Source of the DNA: Pseudothioglobus sp. nBUS_23
GTDB lineage: Bacteria > Pseudomonadota > Gammaproteobacteria > PS1 > Pseudothioglobaceae
Reading direction: 5' to 3'
Length of the DNA: 32,000 nucleotides
Assembly: GCF_051201565.1 (NCBI RefSeq)
Contig: NZ_CP179200.1
Coordinates: 930,001 to 962,000 of the forward strand
Of this stretch, positions 16,941-23,878 are shown piece after piece (positions within the stretch are counted from its first letter, which is position 1; the number at the start of each line of letters is the position of its first letter). A model generated the notes under the pieces. That model was not told the origin of the DNA, did not search any database, and worked only from the letters and a program-made list of their open reading frames with translations. The position numbers were made by a program, and so were the translations under genes.

Positions 16941-17387
16941 ATGAAAAAACTACTCCTATTGCTCTTCTCTTTAATGCTTTCCTTTAATTCTTTTGGTGAG
17001 GAGGATTTATCTGAGTATAAACTTCTTGGTCAAAAAACTGTCGTTGCTTTCAAGTGTGCCAATATCGTTACTCATCACGATTACTCTGAAGAAGTTGCTG
17101 TTGAGTGGAATCGTTTATTCAACATTGGAATGAACAGTGGAACAAAGTTGTTAGAGGCAATGAGAAGTGGAATTATTACTCGTGATTTTATGAATAAGCA
17201 TATTCCATATAGGTTGGTGTTAAGAATATCTGATAGTGGAGGCTTATTTAGTAACGACTTCATTCTTGGCGGACTTAATGAAGAGATGTTGTTGGAAGTT
17301 TATGAAAAAGTTGGCGATGCTTCAATAAGAGATACAACATCTAGAAGTATGTATTTAAAGAATAACTGTGCTTTAGTAGGAAATTAA
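16941..17387 (+). CDS. Secreted hypothetical protein with Cys pair
   Basis: Signal peptide MKKLLLLLFSLMLSFNSFG; VAFKC....KNNCALVGN. Confidence 0.6.
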   Translation: MKKLLLLLFSLMLSFNSFGEEDLSEYKLLGQKTVVAFKCANIVTHHDYSEEVAVEWNRLFNIGMNSGTKLLEAMRSGIITRDFMNKHIPYRLVLRISDSGGLFSNDFILGGLNEEMLLEVYEKVGDASIRDTTSRSMYLKNNCALVGN

Positions 17388-17391
17388 TTTT

Positions 17392-17991
17392 ATGAAGAAA
17401 CTTCTCCTCTCTCTATTTGCCAGTTTAGTTCTTATTTCTAACTATAGTAATGCTGAGATAACATCTTTTGATGAACGCTTTACTCTGCTATGTGAAATTG
17501 AAGATTCAACTGGGTTTAATTGGTCTAATGGTAATTGGTATCAAGCCAATTTTAAAGCAGGGCAAAAATATATTATAAAAAAACAGGATGATGAAAAAAG
17601 CGAAGATGCTGATGATTATGACTATGCCAAAGTAAAGAATATGTTCTGTTCTTATGGTCAGGAGGCAGAGTCCGATAATGCCAGTTACATTACTAGAGAT
17701 GGTTGTTATATGATTAAAGAATTTGGTGAAGAATCAACCGCATTTAACTCCAAATTATGCCGTGAAAGGTGGAGTAAAGATAGTCAAGGCTCTTTGAAAT
17801 TAGATAAGGTAGATTGCTCCGTGTGGGGTAACCCTGAAGTGAGGTTTAAACCAAATGGATTGATTCACGTCCACAATCTTGGTAGTTTAGAATCAAGTCC
17901 TAAAGGTGTTATAGATAATGGTGTCACCATAATTCCTCCTGACTACAAAGACTCTATGTATATAGCCTTTGGAAGATGTTCAACTATATGA
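17392..17991 (+). CDS. Secreted hypothetical Cys-rich protein
   Basis: Signal peptide MKKLLLSLFASLVLISNYSNA; FTLLCE....FGRCSTI plus internal Cys residues. Confidence 0.6.
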   Translation: MKKLLLSLFASLVLISNYSNAEITSFDERFTLLCEIEDSTGFNWSNGNWYQANFKAGQKYIIKKQDDEKSEDADDYDYAKVKNMFCSYGQEAESDNASYITRDGCYMIKEFGEESTAFNSKLCRERWSKDSQGSLKLDKVDCSVWGNPEVRFKPNGLIHVHNLGSLESSPKGVIDNGVTIIPPDYKDSMYIAFGRCSTI

Positions 17992-18425
17992 AAAAACTAC
18001 TCCTAATCTTATTTATCTCTCTTGGCATAGTTGGTTGTTCTGAAACTTCACCCCAACAAGTAAAGTTTGATGATGAGTCTTACCAATGGAAGAAGTGGGA
18101 TTGCTTCGCTTATGGTTATGCTGGAGAGTTCATCTTGTCTATTGGTTATATCCCTGAACTTGAACAAGATGGCTATTATGCTGGTAAGTTATTCTTGAAA
18201 GATGCTGAATCTCCAATCGATACAATCTACCAAATGAGAGGTGTTCAACACGAATGGAATTGGGAAGACTATAAAATTAAAATTGACTCTGATGGTACTG
18301 GAAGATATTGGGATTTCTCAGATGACGACGAAGGTGAAATGGTAAATTCTTCTGAAGTTTATGAGTGTACATCTTCGGGTTTTGTGAGTTTTAGTAAGTC
18401 CTTTGATAACTTCTTTTCCTACTAA
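17988..18425 (+). CDS. Hypothetical lipoprotein
   Basis: ATGA overlap; MKKLLLILFISLGIVGCSE lipobox; start at 17988 preferred over 17976. Confidence 0.6.
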   Translation: MKKLLLILFISLGIVGCSETSPQQVKFDDESYQWKKWDCFAYGYAGEFILSIGYIPELEQDGYYAGKLFLKDAESPIDTIYQMRGVQHEWNWEDYKIKIDSDGTGRYWDFSDDDEGEMVNSSEVYECTSSGFVSFSKSFDNFFSY

Positions 18426-18427
18426 TT

Positions 18428-18724
18428 ATGCGTAAGTATCTAATTACTTTTCTTTTAAGTCAAGACGATAAGTTTTACCACGAGGATACAGTTGGTATTG
18501 AGATGGAAGCTAATGACCTGAAAGAACTATTTAATCTTATTGGTGATGTTGAAACTGACGAAATAACTTCATCTAGAATAGTACGAGCAGTAGAAGGAAG
18601 TGGATTGGTATTTGACTCATATGCACCTATAGTGATTGGTGAGTTTAATGAAGATGGGATTCCAATAATTGTTTGGGAAGATAAGGATTACAGATTCAAT
18701 CACGAATCTAGTAATTTACATTAA
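18428..18724 (+). CDS. Small acidic cytoplasmic hypothetical protein
   Basis: ORF only; no signal peptide or TM helix. Confidence 0.45.
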   Translation: MRKYLITFLLSQDDKFYHEDTVGIEMEANDLKELFNLIGDVETDEITSSRIVRAVEGSGLVFDSYAPIVIGEFNEDGIPIIVWEDKDYRFNHESSNLH

Positions 18725-18727
18725 TAA

Positions 18728-18907
18728 ATGCTAAGAATAATAATTTTAGGTCTTTGGATTTTCTGTCTAATTAATGGGATTCAGAGGCTGCGTTCTAATC
18801 GTCAAAAGTCAGGAATAGTCCTTGTATCAATCTTCTTACTTTTTGCTTTAGTTTTGTTTATATCCTTTGCAGCTTTTGACCCAAGGTTTATCAACTATGA
18901 GAACTAA
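18728..18907 (+). CDS. Small 2-TM membrane protein, family B (member 2); 59 aa, absent from the ORF track
   Basis: My translation: MLRIIILGLWIFCLINGIQRLRSNRQKSGIVLVSIFLLFALVLFISFAAFDPRFINYEN. Same TM-RxxRK.G-TM layout as 15322 and 18908; exactly fills the gap between neighbours. Confidence 0.55.
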   Translation: MLRIIILGLWIFCLINGIQRLRSNRQKSGIVLVSIFLLFALVLFISFAAFDPRFINYEN

Positions 18908-19135
18908 ATGCTTTTAATAATCTTCTTAGTCCTTTGGGCATTCACTCTTTTTTATGGCATCAGCCTAATAAGAACTGATAGACGTAAATTAGGTATTTCA
19001 TATTTAATTATTTTCTCTATTCCTATAATTCTTTTTCTAATTGCTGATTGGTTTATTGATTTCTCTTATCTTGATTGTATGTTTAGAGGTACCTCGAATG
19101 CTGCAGAAAGGATGGAGTACTGTAGGTCACTTTAA
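18908..19135 (+). CDS. Small 2-TM membrane protein, family B (member 3)
   Basis: RRKLGISYLIIFSIPIILFLIA paralogy with 15322 ORF. Confidence 0.65.
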   Translation: MLLIIFLVLWAFTLFYGISLIRTDRRKLGISYLIIFSIPIILFLIADWFIDFSYLDCMFRGTSNAAERMEYCRSL

Positions 19136-19139
19136 TACT

Positions 19140-19727
19140 ATGACAATAAGTGAAGAACAGATAGTTATATTGGCTCAAGAATACCTCTCTAAACTGCAAA
19201 GAGCTAATGAAGTAGAATTTGCCACTAGAAAGCCGGGGGTTGGCCAAGACTACTATGATTTTATGGATGGTCTAGAATCTCAGTGCTCTCATCTAGCAGA
19301 TGACTTTAGAATTGGTTATCAAAACAAAGAAGTTGAGGCAGACATAGAGAAAGCACTTAAATCCGCCAATATTAAAGTTGATAGAAACTCTAATGAATAC
19401 AAACTTCTTGTAAGTAAGTTCTTATTTGCAGCTACAGAGGCTTGCTATGAAAGATTGAGTATGTATAAAGGTGATTTTGACTATAAATTAGAAACAACCA
19501 AACTAGCTGCTGAAGAACCACTTATTAAGAAGCAAGCTAAAACACTAGCAATTCAAGAAGAGATTAACAAGATTGCAAAAGAAATAATGGATACATATCC
19601 AACAACACCAAAGTATAACCTTGCCGAGGAAATTGCCGACTTACTTGAAAAAGATAAGATGCATCTAAATCCACCAAAATTTGAAACTATTCGTAAGAAT
19701 TATCTTTCTAAATACCCAAACTTTTAA
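19140..19727 (+). CDS. Hypothetical cytoplasmic helical protein (195 aa)
   Basis: ATG at 19140 is 4 nt after the previous stop; the track's upstream extension from 19041 overlaps the 18908 ORF. Confidence 0.55.
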   Translation: MTISEEQIVILAQEYLSKLQRANEVEFATRKPGVGQDYYDFMDGLESQCSHLADDFRIGYQNKEVEADIEKALKSANIKVDRNSNEYKLLVSKFLFAATEACYERLSMYKGDFDYKLETTKLAAEEPLIKKQAKTLAIQEEINKIAKEIMDTYPTTPKYNLAEEIADLLEKDKMHLNPPKFETIRKNYLSKYPNF

Positions 19728-19732
19728 CAAGA

Positions 19733-19801
19733 GTCCCAAAGCTCCCAAAATGTCCCACTAAATGCTTTATTAGTGGTGTCTGTAGAGTGTTCTGTGTCCC
19801 A
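19733..19801 (+). promoter_or_regulatory. Periodic TCCCA repeats and a 7-bp-arm palindrome upstream of the P-loop gene (candidate operator)
   Basis: aGTCCCAaa gCTCCCAaaa tGTCCCActaa with 9-10 bp spacing, fourth GTCCCA at 19796; ccactaa-N8-ttagtgg at 19755..19776. Confidence 0.35.
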
Positions 19802-19887
19802 ATCCAATTACTGCAAAACATCACTTTACTGAGATAATTTCCTTACTGATTGCATAACGCATCAGACAATTTAGGGAGAGTTAAAGT

Positions 19888-21369
19888 ATGACCATAGAAA
19901 ACAAAAAAAGCACAATAAAGACAGCAGACTCTATGCTAATTGAGTACGCAAAAAAAGAGTGTTGGTTGTTTTGTGATAATCAAAATGAGCCTTATGCAAA
20001 AATTCTAGTTGATAGACATATCGAAACTTGGGGGATACACTCCCAGGGTTTTGGAGACTTGCTGCGAAGTTGGTATTTTAAAAAGACTAAAAGAGGAGTT
20101 AATCAAAGCCAATTAGACAGTGCAATAATGACCATTTCAGCAATTGCTAATTATGATGGCCATCGGGAAGATGTTTATCTTCGTGTTGCTCAAATAGAAG
20201 AAAAAATATACATAGATATCTGTGATAAAAACTGGAGTGTTATCGAGGTGACAAATAGAGGATGGTCTGTCATTGATATTGCTCCTGTAGCTTTTACTAG
20301 AACCAATAATATGAAGCCACTTCCTTATCCAAAAGGCGGAAATGGCGTGAAGTATTTACTAAGGCACATAAATATACAAGAAGAAGAATTGCCTTTACTG
20401 ACTGGATGGCTTTTAATGGCTTTACAGGCTGGAGAGGGGGCTTATCCTTCTTTATTGATAAATGGGCCAGCTGGCTCTGGAAAATCAACAGCTTGCCGAA
20501 TGATTAGGTCTTTAATAGACCCAAATAAAGCAGATTTATTGACTCAACCAAGTATCAGTGATTTAAGAATTGTTGGAATGAATAACCACATACTTGCTTT
20601 TGATAACATTAGTAAAGTTAGTCCAACTTTTAGTGATGCTATTTGTAAAATTTCAACGGGTGATAATCAATCTATTAGAAGGCTATATACAACCAATGGA
20701 GAGATGACAGTTTCAATTAAGAAGCCAACTATTTTGAATGGCATTCCCGAGCTTGCAAAACGAAGTGATTTGGCAAGTAGAAGTCTAAAGCTGACACTAC
20801 AAAAAGTTAAGCACAGAAAAACAGAAAAAGAGGCTTGGGCTGATTTTAATGAAGATGCACCAAGTATTTTAAAGGGCTTACTTACTGGGCTTAGTAGGGC
20901 TTTAGCAAACCTAGAGCATACTGAAATAAATGATATGACTCGAATGGCCGATTTCTGTATGTGGGCTACAGCTGCACATACTGCTTATGGTTGGGATAAA
21001 ACCACCTTTATTAACGCCTATGCAAAGAATGTAAAAGAATCTCACATTGACTCGTTGGAATCCTCCCCTTTTGCTTCTTCTATAGTTAAGATGTGTGAAG
21101 ATGGCAGCTTCTTTCACGGAAGGCCATTAGAGCTTTTAGAGGAAATTGAATCCCAATATTCTTCTACAAAAATTACCCACTCAGTGACTTGGGTTAAGAC
21201 TGCTAAAGGTGTTATTGAACAACTCGATAGAAATGAGGAGTCGCTTGAATCTATTGGTATTTATTATCAAAAGTATAAAGATAGAACAAATAAGACATTT
21301 GTTAAAGTAGGTGACTTAGAGTTTATAAACTCATCTAGTGAGCCAACAACCCCTATTTACGATTTTTAA
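19888..21369 (+). CDS. P-loop NTPase, SF3-helicase / element replication-initiator-like protein
   Basis: Walker A INGPAGSGKST, Walker B-like HILAFDNIS, ~190-aa N-terminal domain; GGGAGAG Shine-Dalgarno; followed by iteron region. Confidence 0.6.
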   Translation: MTIENKKSTIKTADSMLIEYAKKECWLFCDNQNEPYAKILVDRHIETWGIHSQGFGDLLRSWYFKKTKRGVNQSQLDSAIMTISAIANYDGHREDVYLRVAQIEEKIYIDICDKNWSVIEVTNRGWSVIDIAPVAFTRTNNMKPLPYPKGGNGVKYLLRHINIQEEELPLLTGWLLMALQAGEGAYPSLLINGPAGSGKSTACRMIRSLIDPNKADLLTQPSISDLRIVGMNNHILAFDNISKVSPTFSDAICKISTGDNQSIRRLYTTNGEMTVSIKKPTILNGIPELAKRSDLASRSLKLTLQKVKHRKTEKEAWADFNEDAPSILKGLLTGLSRALANLEHTEINDMTRMADFCMWATAAHTAYGWDKTTFINAYAKNVKESHIDSLESSPFASSIVKMCEDGSFFHGRPLELLEEIESQYSSTKITHSVTWVKTAKGVIEQLDRNEESLESIGIYYQKYKDRTNKTFVKVGDLEFINSSSEPTTPIYDF

Positions 21370-21380
21370 TAAATAAAAAT

Positions 21381-21531
21381 TATGCAAGTTGTGTACTTAT
21401 GTGCATAGCTTGCATAGCCAAAATAGCTTAAATATTTAAAATAAATAAATACTAATGCACCAAAAACGCACCCTGAAGCACTTTAATAAAAATAGAGAGT
21501 TTGGTATGTTTTTGCCTATGCAAGCTATGCA
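21381..21531. promoter_or_regulatory. Iteron - AT-rich - inverted-iteron region; putative replication origin of the island
   Basis: tgcatagc x2 (21402-21418) and its reverse complement ctatgcaagctatgca (21516-21531) form a 16-bp perfect inverted repeat flanking ~95 bp of AT-rich DNA; extra tatgcaag at 21381. Confidence 0.45.
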
Positions 21532-21746
21532 GTATTTATTCTATTAATAAGCACTACTCTTAAGGTTTTATTTTGGATTACTTTGGCTGAATAATATAAG
21601 AACTTTAGCAAGTGAAGAAAGCCTTTACTAAGGCTCTAAGGACTCCATATTCATTATTTTAGAGCACTTAAATTACTCAGAAAGTATTGGCCTTATTTAG
21701 TACAAAAAGGAGTTCAAATTAAGTCTTATTCAGGTATAGTTTAATT

Positions 21747-22112
21747 ATGAAAAAAATACTACTTTGTGGCATATTCTTAGGTTTAAGTTTAAGTTCTTAT
21801 GCCGGGGGTTATGTTTGTACTTCCCCAAGTTTTTTTGATGATAGTACTACGATTAATGTGTATCAAAAAACTAGTAATGGTTACTTAGATAAAGAAAGAG
21901 GTGATATGTTTAATGTGAGAGAAAATGAACATCTTTTGTCTATGTCGTACAACACTCTTGATGAGGATTATGGTGCAGGTATTATGGCAGTAGTTATAAA
22001 TAAATCTGAAATGAAATTTATAAAGTCGATGACATTTTTTTTAAAGCCATACGACCCTCCTACAGTATATGACTCAGATTATAGAACTGGGGAATGTGTT
22101 TATGTTGATTAA
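21747..22112 (+). CDS. Secreted hypothetical protein with N- and C-proximal Cys pair
   Basis: Signal peptide MKKILLCGIFLGLSLSSYAG; GYVCTS....TGECVYVD. Confidence 0.6.
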   Translation: MKKILLCGIFLGLSLSSYAGGYVCTSPSFFDDSTTINVYQKTSNGYLDKERGDMFNVRENEHLLSMSYNTLDEDYGAGIMAVVINKSEMKFIKSMTFFLKPYDPPTVYDSDYRTGECVYVD

Positions 22113-22116
22113 CAAT

Positions 22117-22605
22117 ATGAAAAAATATGTCTACGTATTTGCTCTTTTAATAAGCTTACTTGGCTCTTCATTTGTCCACTCTTCAGAAGCATTACTCACA
22201 AAAGGATACAATAAAGCACTTGATGGAAATTATGGTGAGGCATATAGAATACTTCAGCCTTTAGCTTCTCAGGGCTATATTGAAGCACAATTCAACCTAG
22301 GTATGATGTTTCAAAATGGAGGAAATGGACTTCAAAGGAACTATTCAAGTTCGGCATATTGGTTTAACCAAGCAGCACTTCAGGGAGACCAAAATTCACA
22401 ATTTGAGTTGTCTGGTATTTATTACAGGGGGTTAGGAGTTAAAAAAGACCTAAGTCAAGCAAAATATTGGGCTAAATTAGCTTCGCAAGGAAGTAATCCA
22501 ACAATTGCGAGCCGCTCAAGAGAATTCCTAAAGAATCAAATGTCTTGGTGGGAGAAACAAAAGTTAGGAGCCTCTACAATCTTTGGTATTTTTACTGGAA
22601 ATTAA
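22117..22605 (+). CDS. Secreted Sel1-like repeat protein
   Basis: MKKYVYVFALLISLLGSSFVHS signal; ASQGYIEAQFNLGMMFQNG...AALQGDQNSQFELSGIYYRGLGVKKDLSQAKYWAKLA. Confidence 0.8.
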   Translation: MKKYVYVFALLISLLGSSFVHSSEALLTKGYNKALDGNYGEAYRILQPLASQGYIEAQFNLGMMFQNGGNGLQRNYSSSAYWFNQAALQGDQNSQFELSGIYYRGLGVKKDLSQAKYWAKLASQGSNPTIASRSREFLKNQMSWWEKQKLGASTIFGIFTGN

Positions 22606-22618
22606 ACTACTATATCTT

Positions 22619-23215
22619 ATGATTAATTTTATAAACAAGTGGTCAAAAAGGTTTGCAGTGATTTGGCTCATAGGATTTATAGGTATTTTGGCAATTACCT
22701 ATGCAGATTCTATTCAGAACAGCAAAGCTAAATACAGTTGGTGGTCCCCAAAATTTGCAGATATAAACCTTTTCTTACCTTATTCAGTTCAAAAGTCTTT
22801 AAGCTCCAACAATAGAGCTGCGTGTATAGCAAAAACAAACTTCCCTTTTGAACGCACAGTTATCGGTTATAGAAAACATACACTCGAGGGAACATTTTTG
22901 AACTGTGAGCCTGGAAAAAGTCATAGGGCAACAGAGTATTTGTTTATTTTATTAGTACCCTTTATTGGTCTTAACTATGTCTTACCTTGGCTTACAAGAG
23001 TGCTTGAAGGCGCAGGTAAAAATTATAAATCTAGTGCAAAAAAAGCCAAGGTCAATACAGAAAAGAATTACCTAATAGCTTATAAAGAAGTTGAGAGTGG
23101 GAAAATTAAAAGTCCAGAATTATGGGCCAAAGCATTTGCTGAAACTGAAGGCGATGAGGTCAAACAAAAAGCTCTGTATGTAGAATTAAGAACAAAGCAG
23201 CTTGATGATAATTAA
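22619..23215 (+). CDS. Membrane protein with C-terminal EVESG...WAKA...GDE..K.KALY motif
   Basis: ATG at 22619; 2 TM helices; C-terminal motif shared with next ORF. Confidence 0.55.
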   Translation: MINFINKWSKRFAVIWLIGFIGILAITYADSIQNSKAKYSWWSPKFADINLFLPYSVQKSLSSNNRAACIAKTNFPFERTVIGYRKHTLEGTFLNCEPGKSHRATEYLFILLVPFIGLNYVLPWLTRVLEGAGKNYKSSAKKAKVNTEKNYLIAYKEVESGKIKSPELWAKAFAETEGDEVKQKALYVELRTKQLDDN

Positions 23216-23239
23216 GTAGAATTTTGATATAGTTGAAAT

Positions 23240-23647
23240 ATGGGAATTAAAGACGTATTCAATCAAGCACCTTCACCTGAAGAAGAAGCATTATATAAGC
23301 AAGTTCTTGATGAAGTTGAATCAGGTGTAATGCGGAAAGGAATCTACGCTAAAGCATTAGCTGATGGTTTGGGAGATGAAGGTAAAGCACAGTCTCTTTA
23401 TATTAAATATAGAGTTCAATCTTTAGTAGATGAACAAAGATTGAAAGCTAAACAACTAGGCATAGAGCTTGCTGAAAAAGAAAGATATAGGAAGGCAACA
23501 GAAGAGGCTGAAGCGCTTAGAAAAAGAGCTGAGTTTGATGCAGAATTTGATAATTCACACGCTGGAAAACATTTTTATAAATATTGGTATGGAATTCTCT
23601 TAATTCTTGGCCTTGGTATTTTGATTTATGGTGACGTAATTTTCTAA
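23240..23647 (+). CDS. Tail-anchored protein with N-terminal EVESG...AKA...GDE motif and coiled coil
   Basis: N-terminal motif, KAKQLGIELAEKERYRKATEEAEALRKRAE coiled coil, C-terminal TM YGILLILGLGILIYG. Confidence 0.55.
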   Translation: MGIKDVFNQAPSPEEEALYKQVLDEVESGVMRKGIYAKALADGLGDEGKAQSLYIKYRVQSLVDEQRLKAKQLGIELAEKERYRKATEEAEALRKRAEFDAEFDNSHAGKHFYKYWYGILLILGLGILIYGDVIF

Positions 23648-23733
23648 ATTTCACATCTAACTCAGTTTCCCCGATTGGCTAGTGATTCAAAAGGGGTGGG
23701 GTGGGGGTCTATTTTGAGCCAATTTCGGCCTTA

Positions 23734-23759
23734 GAATTTCGTGCAAATTTCGTGCACTT
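23734..23759 (+). repeat. Right copy of 26-bp direct repeat (2 x AATTTCGTGCA)
   Basis: Identical to 9835..9860; a degenerate extra unit aatttcggcct lies at 23721. Confidence 0.8.
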
Positions 23760-23841
23760 TAGTCTCAAAACTACCTAAATATGCTTATAATCGCTCTTGC
23801 ACTAGATACGGCGTTTGTAATGATTAATTTGTATAAACCCC

Positions 23842-23869
23842 TTGGTATTGCTGGTCTGCGGCGTATATA
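23842..23869 (+). promoter_or_regulatory. Candidate promoter of tRNA-Arg copy 2
   Basis: TTGGTA-16 nt-TATATA ending about 10 nt before the tRNA. Confidence 0.4.
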
Positions 23870-23878
23870 GCAAACATT

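Larger units (their letters stand above)
9835..23759 (+). mobile_element. Integrative genomic island (~13.9 kb) with tyrosine integrase and replication-type module; alternative bounds are the flanking tRNA copies (9692..23955)
   Basis: 26-bp direct repeats at both ends, integrase at left end, flanked by duplicated tRNA-Arg, cargo of unrecognisable genes. Confidence 0.7.

Noticed and set aside
13807-19135. Integron gene-cassette array
   Set aside because: Small promoterless same-strand ORFs resemble cassettes, but the gaps (0-45 nt, often overlapping) are too short for attC sites. No attC-like imperfect inverted repeats are visible, and the integrase is co-directional and small (333 aa), without an obvious IntI-specific insertion.
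19041-19139. Upstream extension of the 19140 ORF (track start 19041) and similar long-start options (12180, 13046, 17976, 22069, 22583, 25771, 27928)
   Set aside because: The extensions overlap the preceding gene or lack a Shine-Dalgarno or signal-peptide logic. Downstream ATGs give proper signal peptides, Shine-Dalgarno sequences or stop/start coupling.
10913-21117. Island ORFs on the minus strand or in alternate frames: 10913..11131, 12089..12301, 14140..14334(+), 15576..15842, 16661..16939, 17081..17263, 20297..20488, 20911..21117
   Set aside because: They overlap + strand ORFs supported by paralogy, signal peptides or Walker motifs. Their Leu/Ser/Phe-rich translations are typical of antisense AT-rich coding DNA.
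9835-23759. Prophage, ICE or transposon
   Set aside because: There are no recognisable terminase, portal, capsid or tail genes, no relaxase or T4SS genes, and no transposase or terminal inverted repeats. Only an integrase and a replication-type gene are present.
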